Part shown: piece by piece, positions 51,423 to 63,296 of the stretch
How positions within the stretch are numbered: the stretch's first letter is position 1
Layout: each line of letters begins with the position of its first letter
DNA from: Podarcis tiliguerta
Taxonomy: Eukaryota
DNA length: 64,000 nt
Assembly (NCBI GenBank): GCA_965153285.1
Contig: OZ229116.1
Reading direction: 5' to 3' (one strand)
Position numbers and translations under genes: made by a program
Notes under the pieces: generated by a model
Told to the model about the DNA's origin: nothing
Databases searched by the model: none
Seen by the model: the letters and a program-made list of their open reading frames with translations, nothing else

Positions 51423-53044
51423 TAATATGCTTTAAATGTATATGATAAATCTTTGACACCCCCCCCCCCAATTTATTCTGCTTTTGGCTGTTTTGTGTGA
51501 TTTTATATGGTGACGTATCACTGTAGTACATAAAACAATAAAACACCAAACACCATAACACAGGACTTGGTAGCCACACTAATAAAGCCACACTTTTATT
51601 TATTTATGTATAAATAGGTACCGTCCAGAGGAAGCCCAAGATCTGCAGAATTGGAGCCTCCCTAACTGAAATGAGCACATACATGAAAAGCCATGAAAAG
51701 GTACATGCCCACTGCTCCAGTTCTCTGCTGAGATTCAGTGTTCTTCCCATCCTGCATAGGTTAGTTCTGACTGCCAAGCTAAAATGCACATGCACAGGCC
51801 TAAGGTCTGTGCAATCATAATATGTGTGACTGTACACATGCTTACTGCTGATGTGGCAGATGTCAAGTTGATGGCCTTAACCTGCACTTTCCATTCTTTC
51901 TGGTGCATGAGTGACTGTGTAAGTGCCCTAACAATTTCATCAAACCAAATTTGGTTTTGATTTCATAATTAATATATACACATGCTCATGAAATTTGGGT
52001 TCTATTTATGAGCTCTATTTGCAAGAGTGTTTATTTTCTTAAACATTAACTTAAGGGACAAAGAACATACCTTCCATTTCATCATAGTAAATAAGTTTTG
52101 GACATAATATTGTGTCAGAGACATTCTCAGCATACTTAGCCTCTTAGCTGCATTCCAGATGTGTTTCGTCCTTCCTGCAGAAAGCAATGTTAGGTGTCAA
52201 AGCAAGATGCAAACTCTCACCTCTCCCGAGTTTTTGAAATACTTTTCACGGTTATTCTGCCTGAGGGGCAGGATGTTGCTGTCAATTATTATAGTTTACT
52301 CCTAATCTTTTTTCCTTATCGTCTCAGCTTTGTATATACTGTCAACCTGACCACATGACTGTAATGGAGGTAAATGGCTGCTGCAGTTAATAGGCATCCT
52401 CATAGTGCCTTTGCATGTATTTTCAATGGCAGCTTTGCATAAAGTCTAGAAAACACTTCAGCATTTGTAGAACTCAATGCAAGGGATACACCTTAGTAGC
52501 AAAATGTTGACTCTGTGTCTGGCTCCTAATTTTTTTGTTACATGCATGGCAATTCGTGATGGTCCAGCGTAGATAAACAACCGTTCAACTGGCTTACTGT
52601 GGCATAGCTGGGGGAAAGAAAAATTATTTAGGAATTTCTACGCTGTTTTTTCCCCTCTAGGTCTCCCAAAGCAACTCATAGAACAATTGAAAAACAGATT
52701 TCTATTAATAAAGTACCAAAAAAATGTAATTAGAATATTCAGTAAAATCATTGTAGAAGCAGTTGTGTACTCTATAAGCTGATCCTTGAGCATTGTCCTT
52801 GAAAGCTGGGAGACAAATTGTCCCTATTTGCCGGTGACCTTTTCCAATAAAGAAGTTTATTAATTTCCATGAATTGTTGTGAACTGAAGGAGCTGTGCAG
52901 AAACCAGATAGAAATTGACAGGTTGCCAAAAGACATGCCCAAGGATGGATTTTGACTGTAAGTTCCTTTGAGCCTCCTCATGCGGCTGTGGCTGCAATCC
53001 TATGCCCTGAACTCTATGGGGTTACTTCTGAGTATGCTTCCATA

Positions 53045-53175
53045 GGCCCAATTCCTAGTATCTCTGGTTAGGGCTAGGAAAAACTCCTGTCTGAAACCCT
53101 GGGGATTTTACTACCAGTCAGTGTAGAGAATACAGAGCTTGATGATCTGACTTGGTATGAGGTAGGTTTCTACAT
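53045..53175 (+). mobile_element. Squam3-like SINE remnant
   Basis: GTTAGGGCTAGGAAAAACTCCTGTCTGAAACCCTGG...CCAGTCAGTGTAGA motif shared with other copies. Confidence 0.55.
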
Positions 53176-53479
53176 TTACCTTTTTTTCTTTCTTTCTAAG
53201 ATGACCAGGGCTTATGTTAACAACATCGAGGTATCTTTAAAACAGGCTATTAGAGCAGAAACTCATAAGACACATGTCCCACAACTTCAAGCAGCCTCTG
53301 TTATGGATAAAATCAAATGTCTTTGTCTGACATATGTTGAGAGTTCTTTTTTATTTTTATAATGTGGTGAGACACTGTATTAAGCAAGCCACAGGCATCA
53401 TATCACCTTTCATTTTGTTATCCATATGATCTCCCACAAAAGCAAAAACATTCTTATATTATGATCCTCCATGTCAGTG

Positions 53480-53670
53480 TAATGAAGTCATTTGGAGTTT
53501 TGAATTAGGACTGAGAAGACCCTGGTTCAAAACCCTGCTGAACTGACATTGGGACAGTCACTCTCTTTCAACTTAACCTATCCTATATGTTTGCTGGTAT
53601 GATAAAATGGGAGGAAAAAGAGGATTTTGTACACCGCTCTCTGGAGGAAGGACAAGATAAAAATAGAATG
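53480..53670 (+). mobile_element. Old MIR/CORE-like tRNA SINE
   Basis: AGACCCTGGTTCAAAACCC B-box; TGAC.TTGGG.CAGTCACTCTCT core. Confidence 0.55.
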
Positions 53671-56600
53671 TAAAATGTACTGTAAATGCAAATAAATTGT
53701 GCACATGCAATTAGCTGGAACTACCCAGTGCATACAATGTAGGCAGCACTGATGTATATTTAGAACCATCACACTTGTCAGTCTACATGTGTGAGTCATT
53801 AAACTTTCTACATAGATGTGACTTCCACATAGTAATTTTATCATAGTGTGGAGCAATCCTGGGCTACATGCTCTGAGGATTTTTCGATGTAGTTCAATAC
53901 ATGAAATATAAAGCCACTTCCATCTCCCCGGGAAAGATTTTCCCAGGAAACTCTCTACAGTGTGATAAAGACAGACTGTTTTATTTATTTATTTATTTGG
54001 CTGTATGGCTTTCACAATGTGAGCATTTTATTTTGTTCCTTTAATGGGGGTTTTTTTTGGTTAGAGTCATTGTGTAAGGTGCCTTGGGATATTTGCATCC
54101 TGTATATTGTATGGCATTGTGTTGTGTAATTATTATTAAAAAATAAAATCCCTGACAGCCTCCCGTGCCTAAACTCTGCAAGAGGAGTAGGCATATTAAT
54201 CTGCAGCAGCAAAAACAAGAGCGTCTCCAGATTTTATCCATTGCAACAAAGTCAATCCTAGCTGGCTGACTTGAGTGATACTGTGACACAGGTGGAAATA
54301 CATACAGTCCAGATTCCAAGAGACTGTACAGGGAAGAGAAGCAACACCAGCATAAAACTGGAGGCCACCCATAGAACATAACTGTTATGGGTCTTCTAAC
54401 TCAACAAGGTTGCGAGCATCTAGCACAGGTTACCCATCCCTGGTCTAGTGGAAGCAAATAGGTGAAGTGGACCTAGAGAGTTTTTGTGCATGCATGGAGA
54501 CCAAGGACACTAGGACCCCCATTTACAATATCAAGCACGCCATTCCTTCTATTCCTGGTGCTCAAGTTTGAGTGTCATTGTTTATGTAGCCCAAACTACA
54601 TCAAACATGTGTAAGAGACTACATAAACAGATGAGGTGGGAAACCTAGGTTTGCAGAAGTACAAAAAAATATTTATGAAACAAAAAGCTCTAAGAAGGGA
54701 AAACCTGTAAAAGGAGCCAATTGAGCACTAGTCATGTACAGTTACCACAGAATATTGATTGACTGATGCGTGTGGGCAGGGGGAATATAAAATGGGGAGG
54801 GGATGGAATGGAAGGGAGCATCATGGGGAGGAATATGGCTGAATGACTGTAACATGGTTTGAGCATCATTTGAACTATGAAAAAGCAGCATGCAAATAAA
54901 ATGATGTATGTATTGCATGGAGTGGTGAATAGGAGCACACTGTACTGAACCATTTCATTGCAGATTCCAGTTATATAATACATTGTGTTAAACCAGCTGA
55001 GTGCTGGAATGACTTCAGATGGCTCTTCACTTCATTGGGTGTGTGCTGCTTTCATTAAATGAACACCACTTGAAATAGTTGTATAGCTGGGAAACTAAGC
55101 AAACACTGCTAGGCGATGTGCTCATTGTGTGTCCTCAAGCAAATGAGTGTGCCTCCAACTTGAGCTAGTTACACACTCCTGTTTACTCTGCATCCAATGT
55201 GCACCAACCTCTGGTTTGGGAAGTGGTGTATACCTAGCATTAATCACAATACATATCTTTCCTGTCATTTCTTATGAAATACTGCTTCTTGGGGTGTTTT
55301 CCCCAAAACCAGCTTTGAGCCAAACAAATTGAGAAAAAGCTGATACACAGCCTATGTTTGCTATGTGTAGTAGTTGTTGTTGTTCTGCAGGATGTAGAAA
55401 CTAAAGGCTGTAAGCTCAAAGTGCTAAATTGATTATTAAGAACAAGGCCCTGTCTCTAAACTATTATGTGTCATCACCTAATTTTTCCTGCTCTGGTTCC
55501 ACTGACTTATAACTTCCTCACTAGAACCAAGAACAGCAATTATACAGTTGAGTTACCCTGTTCTTCAAAGACATGAAGCCTAAATATAATCCTATAGTAC
55601 TTTATAGGAGACAAAGCACATCCTCTTATACATTCCTTTTTTTGTTTTCAATGAAGTTCAGCACAATAAGGACTCACTTGACCTTTGTCCCTTCTATAGT
55701 TCATTTTAACATTGTCTGAGAAAAGATACGGTTTGGATTTTGCAAGGCACAGGTGCTCCATCCCAGTATGGACATGGCGGAGCCTCCACGGTTGCGATAT
55801 GAGCACAGGACTTTTCAGACCAGCAGCTGCACTCAGGGGACAGCTTTTGTGGGCCACCAGGAATTTCCTGTGATAGAATATCAGAAATCTACTGGTGACT
55901 AGTAGGAGGTGACTTCAGAGGGCAAAAGTTCCCCTTCTACAATAAACATTCTCACTGTTACTGTATAGATTTCCTACTAAACTTGACAGCAAAAAAAAAA
56001 AAAAAAAAAAGTGGGAGAGAGCCACTTCACATCTGGACAGAGCTAGGACTTGGAGAAAGAAATCTTAGTAAATGAGACCCATTGGCAGTGGGTGGAAAAC
56101 ATTTTATTCATCCAGACTTTTCATGTGACCACCTTTTAAACATCTCTGCAGTCTTCTCTTGTTCTCCTGCAGTAGCATTGTTTTCTTTTTTATATATTGT
56201 TTTGAATTGTTGTCTTAGCTCATCATTTGCTCTGTACTTTGATATTCATGTGTTGACAAGGAAACTTGACAGGTAAGTGAGTTACTAATAAAATAAACCA
56301 ACAAAACCCTCTATCAGACTGCATAAAACAGCTCAACGCTTTCCATTTCTGCTGTTCAACCTCTACCTCCTGCCTCCAAAGATAAGCACTTAAGGTTTAT
56401 TACTTTTATGGAAGCAAAGCCCTACCCTGGGAGTAAGCAAGTGCCATTGAACTCAGTGTAACTTACTCTTGAGTAGACATGTTTTCTCTGTACGGATATA
56501 AGGAGAGCCCTGATGGATCAGAGTAAAAATCCATCTACCTCCAGCAAATGTTGACTTACTAATCAGCGCTCTCCTAAAATACTAGCGTAACAAGGCCATT

Positions 56601-57177
56601 TTTTTTTCATTCAAGGGGTATTCCCTGCCTATCACTGCCTGAAACCATCAAAATAAATATCTCTTGAACTCCCTTTTCAGAGTTAGTAAACACTGTTATT
56701 TGCAGAACACCAGTTAAGAGACCTGTCCTTCATAGTTACAATTTACTATGTTAAATGTTAAGATGCCAAATCCACACACGCTCCTTGGAAAGCTGTCCTT
56801 GACCGTTCCAGGTGCGTTAAGAGTAGAGTTGGGGATCAGGTATTCTTACATCAAATGCTGAAAATGCCTTGGGTGCTGCGCTGCAGGGGTGCCACAACAA
56901 TGCTGTAGAACAAAGTTTGAGAGGTGGAGGTCTGGATATTAGCATTGCTCAGGGCACTGCTGAAATTTGAGACACCAAAGCCCACCACCGTGAAAAGGGG
57001 CCACATTCTGATTTCCTAAATATAGGGGGCAGGGCATTTCCTTTCTTCCGTGACTTGGCTTCCAGGGAGCAATTCAGAGGTTGGGACCACCCACTGGCTT
57101 AACACCAGGAGCTGAAACACTTCATCACAGGAGTGACCATCATTCTTCATGAAGTGCTACATTATCACAGAAAGACC

Positions 57178-57368
57178 ACATTCTGGAGGTCTGTTCTTAA
57201 CCCGAAACCATTCTTAACCAGGCACACTTTCGCTAATGGGGCCTTTCGTTGCCGCTGCGCTGCTGGGTCACCATTTCTGTTCTCATCCTGGGACAAAGTT
57301 TGCAACCCGAGGTACTAAGGGTTACCAGAGTTTGTAACCTAAAGCATTTGTAACCCGAGGTACTACTG
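57178..57368. mobile_element. Truncated Tigger/pogo-like MITE
   Basis: Body matches the other copies; only the right TIR (TAACCCGAGGTACTACTG + TA) is present. Confidence 0.8.
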
Positions 57369-57379
57369 TACGTGAATTC

Positions 57380-57650
57380 ACAGTCTCATACCATTTAAAA
57401 CAGTAATGGCTTCCTCCAAATAATACTGGGAGCTAAGAGTGTTGATAGTTGTTAGAAGACCCCTATCTCTTCCAAGCTACAATTCCCAGAGTGGTTTAAT
57501 AATTAGGTAATCCTTTCACAAGGAACTCTGGCCATTGCAGCTTCTAACAATTCTGTACCCTTAACAAACTACAGTTCCCAGGATTCTTTGGAGGAAGCCA
57601 TGACTGCTTAAAGTGATATCACAGTGCTTTAAATTTAGGGTGGGCATGTG
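57380..57650. repeat. Inverted-repeat interspersed element (same family as 8405-8600)
   Basis: Arms CATTTAAAACA..ATGGCTTCCTCCAAA..A..CTGGGA / TCCCAGGATTCTTTGGAGGAAGCCAT...GTGCTTTAAAT. Confidence 0.6.
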
Positions 57651-58057
57651 GCCTGAGTTGGACTGTGCTACAGGGTTGGTATAACGCATGAGAGAAAGTG
57701 CATTGAGCTTGGATCAGTTTGAAACCACACATGACAGCACTGAAATGGTAACTTTAAATGTAGGAAGTGCCAGTTCCTGGTTTTGAAGGTCCCCTGGGCA
57801 AAGTTGTCTGCTGTCCTCCGGCTATCGATTCACTTGCCAGTCCCTCTAGCCCCAGAAAGAACCACCTCTGAGAAAGTGAGGGAAAGAGAAAAGGTGAGCA
57901 AGGTGTGTGCAAGTTACTCCTCTCATCATTTGGTCACTCAGCGATGGCAAGTGAACAAGCAAGAACATCGAGGAGGAGGAGAGCAGGGCTAAAAGGCTGT
58001 GGGGATTTGCATTGGGTTCCATACTGGAACATGGGGTAGGGCAAGAAAAAGGCTGCA

Positions 58058-58230
58058 GCTAAGAGATACAGCATCTGCTGTGCATGTAGGAGGTTCAGTC
58101 CTCAGCATCTCCAGGTGGATGTGTGAAGTTCGCAGTATGAAACAGTGGAGAGCCACTGCTGGTCAGTGCAGATATTGATGAGCTACATGGATCAATGGCC
58201 TGCTTTGGTATACGGTAGCTTCCTATGTTT
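58058..58230 (+). mobile_element. Squam3-like tRNA SINE
   Basis: AGCATCTGCT.TGCATG.AG.AGGTTCAGTCCTCAGCATCTCCAGG head through GCTTCCTATGTT tail. Confidence 0.6.
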
Positions 58231-58740
58231 TAATGCTACTGACCTCTGGCATAAGCCCTGAATGGAGCATTTTGTCCTTGCAAACACAGGTGAAGGCATG
58301 CTGAATGCTCCCTTGACAAAAGTGTTCTCTGAAGAGTCACTTTACTCCCTGTACAGGTGTCAGATGGGGAGCACAGGCTCATGCACAATTTATGAATGGG
58401 TGATCTCTAGGCTTGTGGTTCTTTGATCAAGCAATAGGTAAGCTGAAGGAGTCTTTTCCAGTAATCACTATTTTACTAGTGCAATGAAAATCAAGGTAGT
58501 TGAGTATAGTCAAACTAAATCTCCAAGAGCTTGTTCAGTATGATTTTCCCCCCTAACTCAGACTGGAGAAAAAGGATTATTTCCAAATATGAAATATTGC
58601 TGCTTCTGAAAAATATATGGTATCATTAAATGATTAAATGACTTGTAAGGACACAGTCCACATCTATTTCCACCGGAAAGTGGAATGCAGAACAAGTGGG
58701 TTATTTGTTGTGTCCTATACCCTTAAAGACTGTAAATCTT

Positions 58741-59914
58741 TATTTCTTTTTGAGTTACCGGTATTTTGCAAATACATACAAATCAAAACTTACAAACATG
58801 AAAAAGGGGATTTTTTTTAAAAAAAGATTACAAAAAAGAGAAAAGAAAAAGAAAAATTCCTTCATTATTAAGCTAAGACTTTGCAAACCAAACACATATA
58901 TTTTAAACAATTGCCTCTTACATATTGTCTATTTTCCTATGAAGCTGACACTTCTTAGGTATTCATATTCTTTTGCTCTTAAGACTTCCATTAGTCTCAC
59001 AACAGTTCATTATTCCTAATTAAAACCCGCTTATCTGTATTTCAGTACATCCCTCATCTTGGTATCAGGGAGCTTTTTACCTTTGCAGAGTTATTCTAGA
59101 CACAACCAAGTCTTCACTGCTGAACCTTGGCTCATCAGATATTTATTTAGGTACTCCCATTCTTTCTTAACGGTCTTATTTGACTTGTCTCTTATGATAT
59201 CTGTCAGCTTCGTGAGTTGCAAGTACTCACTCAGTTTACACAACCATTCCTCTTGGGTGGGTATGTGTTCCTCCTTCCAATATTTAGCCACCAATACTCT
59301 TGCTGCTGACGTAGCATAGAGAAATAGTCTTATTTTTTCTTTGGGGAAATTGTTTGTCAAAATTCCCAAGAGAAATGCTTCGGGTTTTTTACAAAATGTA
59401 CTTCTTAATAATTTCTTCAACTCTTCATAGGTCATGTCCCAGAATTTTTAAATTTCTGGGCATGCCCACCACATGTGATAGAAGGTTCCTACTTGATTTT
59501 TGCACCTCCAACACATTATTGTGAGTTTTACTGATTTTTGCCAGCTTTACAGGGGTCAAGTACCACCTGTATTGCATTTTCATAAGATTCTCTCTTATTA
59601 AATAACAAGCTGTGAATTATATATTTTTTTGTCCATAATTATTTCCACTTATCAAGTTCAATCACATAGCCTGTCCTGATCCCATTTTCTCATCCCATTT
59701 TTTATTTCTTCATCTTTCAATTGCCAGCCTATCAGTAATCTATGTATTTTAGATAGTGTCTTTTGATTATTGTATATCTTTCTCCAGATTTGATAATTCA
59801 TTATCAAAGCCCTGCAATCTTTTATCTTTTTCAAAGACGGCATTCAGTTGATGAAATTCTAATCAAGTTAATCCCATCTTTTTAATTTCTTCAAAGCTCT
59901 TCAATTTTGGGCAG
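58741..59914 (-). mobile_element. 5'-truncated L1-clade LINE (ORF2 C-terminus and 3' UTR)
   Basis: Minus strand reads YRWYLTPVKLA...CWRCKNQVGTFYHMWWAC (CCHC zinc knuckle, ~59460-59515) and ORF 59091-59435 (PEAFLLG...AARVLVAKYWK...EEW); stops and frameshifts upstream; A-rich 3' end near 58741. Confidence 0.9.
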
Positions 59915-60111
59915 TTTCCACCCAAAAGTAGAATGCAGATCAAGGGGGTTATTTGTTGTGTCTTACACCCTCAAAGACTGTAAATCTTATGAAGATACTA
60001 CGGATGGAAGTTCAGGAGAGTAAGATTCTCATTTGTCCAGCCACTAGCTTCAAGAAACCTCCATCTTTTCCCTCACTTCATGCCCCCACCCTGAAATTCT
60101 TTTATCTTTTC

Positions 60112-61264
60112 GGGGCCACTAGGTGGCGCGTTGGAAGATGGCCGACAATAACATCTCTCTGACCCATACGAGGTATTAAGGGGCTGCTATGGGAAGTAGG
60201 CAGCCTTCCTAAACCCCCCCAAGGGCATGGGGGGGCCTGCCCTTGCCAGCGGTGTTCAATGCACCCCCTGATCCGAGAGACGGGGGTGTGGAACACTTGG
60301 CACAAGCCCTCGATGGATTCAGATCTTCCCGACGCCGATTCCAATCAGCGCGTGCTGGTTGCTTCAGTCTGGAATTATATTTGGACTAATTGGCGATAAT
60401 GGATTGGAAGAAAGACTGAAGCACATATATCAAGTAAGGCTCGAGATAAGGACTGCTGACTAATGCATCTCTGTGACCGGGAGCGACGGATGGATAAGTA
60501 AATCTCTTGATGAATTACCACCATGAGAACGTAAGGCTGGAACGAAGGGGGGGTGGAGGGAAAAACCCTCTTAAATTCCTTCACATGATATGATTACAAT
60601 AATCCTCCACCCCAGAAAGAAACAAGATCGTCGCGTTTTAAATAACATAAACAGAACTTTAAAACTGTGTGGGGAAAGGATTACAATACGAGAAGATTGA
60701 AAGGCGAGAAGGAGGAAAATTCTTATGACGCAGTTAAAAAAACATGGCGTCTCGCAAAGACAGGCTAGCAGGAGAACAGACGAGGGGGAGGAGATTCAGG
60801 AATTTGAAAAAGAAAGAAGGCTGGAATGCAAGTTGGACCTGACAGAGCCCCCGATATCGTTTGATTTATGGCTAGCCTGGGAAAAATAATGGACCGACCG
60901 AAGGCTGACAGAGGTCGCTCCTGAATAATATGAGTTTGGCAGAGCATACCCACACAGAGACGCTAAATCTTCAATCTGTTTGTGGAAACCATCAGAGACC
61001 GCAAAGAAAGGAATAAATGATAACAACAAGAAGAGAAAGAAGGTAATAAAGATCTATCCGAATCGAACTGGATGGAACTGTCGAATAAAAGCAGCAAATA
61101 AGTGATGTCTGGAGTCATCTGGAATTTTGGACTCGTGCTGAGCTTGATATATGGGTACCCCCAAAAAATTTTAAAATTTGGCTGTATAATTTGGAATTAA
61201 TGTGATTTGAACAATGTGATGTGATTGGCCTATTAATAAAAAATTATTGAAAAAAAAAAAAAAA
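60112..61264 (+). mobile_element. Full-length non-autonomous poly(A) retroposon (~1.15 kb, probably L1-mobilised)
   Basis: Perfect 19-bp TSD GAAATTCTTTTATCTTTTC (60093-60111, 61265-61283); AATAAA at 61235; A15 tail at 61250-61264; GC/CpG-rich 5' end; no long ORF. Confidence 0.85.
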
Positions 61265-62934
61265 GAAATTCTTTTATCTTTTCAATCTGCTTCCCCTTTA
61301 ATTAATAGCCAATATCTTTTGGAGAATTTGTAGTCAAAATGTATTTGTACACATTCTAAAACCCCTCTTTCATAAGGCACTGAAACTGAATTCGTTGCTA
61401 TTTGTAAAGCACCAGCCACCAATGGACAATGACTGATTTTAAGAACACCATCCCACCATAAACTAAGTGTAATATCACCCCCTAGTGTTCTCCTTCTTTT
61501 TACAGAAGTCCCCAACCACAGCAGCATCCTCAAAGCTCTACATGCAGCTGTTGCCCACAGGCCGGAGAATGACCTCCGTTAAGAACTAAGGAATTATTCC
61601 TCTTTGTTTTACTTTTGGAAGATCTAGGAGATGATTCTTTTTAATCTTCTAGACCACTGGTCCTGTTAGCTAGGGATGATGGGAGTTGTAGTCCCAAAAC
61701 ATCTGGAGGGCCGAATTTGGAGATGCCTGTTCTAAAATGATGGCATTTCCTTTCAGAGTCCTGATTTTGACTGGCTGATACTCATGTTGTAGAGTTATTT
61801 TGTTTACTGGCATCTTGCTTACTGCTCATTTTAATCATTGCAACTTTATTTCCCCATCCCTCTTTATTACTGTAAGCCACTTTGACTACGTTGGGCAAAA
61901 AATATAAAATATATTTTTGTAAGATATAAAATTTTAAAATGCGTATGCCAAAGCATATGCCACAACAGAGAGGGGTTTTTTTTTGGGGGGGGGGCACAAC
62001 TACCAATTATTAAAATCAGTAGTAAGCAACATAAGAGCAAAGGGTGGTATCCAGTTTAGGCTGGAATCCTAACCCTAGTTACTTGGGTGATCAGTGGACC
62101 TTACTGCTGTATAGACATAGTTTTCTTTTCTTTTTCTTCCAAGTAAATGTATTGAAATCAATGGACTTACATTATTACTAATTTTAAAGTCTCTTGATTT
62201 CCATGGGCCTACTCTTTGAGTATGGCCACCCAAGCAAAATTAACTAGGATATACTCACATACTACAAATATATTATATATAACAGTGGTTCCCAACCAAC
62301 CCACCTAGACCACTTGCAAACTGCTGATGGTTTTGGAAGACAACTTCATGATTTTTCTGCCTGTTGCACCAATGCCTTGGACTCTTGGCTCTCCCTGCAT
62401 GACTTGGAATTGAACTCTCACCACAGTAGGCAGTTTTAAATGCTTTATTTAAGTCAGTACAGCAACCCAACATGAGTCTACAGGTTACAAAGCCACAAGG
62501 CATTGCAGAGATATGATGCAAGGCTATGCATAAGCTAAGATGTTCCAGCAATTGCTATGTCCCCTGCAATCTTATTTTGAAGAGCAGGGCAAGTACAGCT
62601 ATTTGCTCAGTTGACATCCTGGGACATGGGACTGGGCCGGGATGTGAGTACTCCCCCATAGATGCTAGAACTGGAAGGTTTCGTTTATACCAGTGCTATC
62701 ACCTCCACATCCTCAGAGACAAAGTCACTGGTTCACCATCAGATTTATCCCTAGGTGCCTCCCTTCGCTGACACAGGAAAGTGCCCAAAGTGCCCCCAAC
62801 CTCAGGAACTTAGGCAGTGGGCCACTTGCTCCCCACTTCTGCTATCCAGCAACAGGCTTCTCACAGCTTTCATTTAAATATACACAATGGTAGTCATTTC
62901 AAGTAGGTTCTCAGCTGTAGCACTGTTAATCTTA

Positions 62935-63296
62935 AGTAAAGGTAAAGGTACCCCTGCCCATACGGGCCAGTCTTGACAGACTCTAGGGTTGTGCGCCCAT
63001 CTCACTCAAAGAGGCCAAGGGCCAGCGCTGTCCGAAGACACTTCCGGGTCACGTGGCCAGCGTGACATCGCTGCTCTGGCGAGCCAGAGCCGCACACGGA
63101 AACGCCGTTTACCTTCCCGCTAGTAAGCGGTCCCTATTTATCTACTTGCACCCAGGGGTGCTTTCGAACTGCTAGGTTGGCAGGCACTGGGACCGAACAG
63201 CGGGAGCGCACCCCGCCGCGGGGATTCGAACCGCCGACCTTTCGATCGGCAAGCCCTAGGCACTGAGGCTTTAACCCACAGCGCCACCCGCGTCCC
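62935..63296 (-). mobile_element. Sauria SINE, second subfamily
   Basis: Same head and B-box, but a different 3' part (GGGCGCACAACCCTAGAGTCTGTCAAGACTGGCCCG); TSD GTTAATCTTA (62925-62934, 63300-63309); CpGs largely intact. Confidence 0.93.

Noticed and set aside
52211-52250. 40-nt minus-strand exon with good splice sites
   Set aside because: It would leave a 36-nt intron before the 52174 candidate, too short for vertebrate splicing, so the two cannot both be used.
55941-56010. AATAAA plus A20 as the end of a retrocopy
   Set aside because: The signal is ~50 nt from the A run and I could find no TSD or recognisable body upstream. Treated as a simple mononucleotide run.
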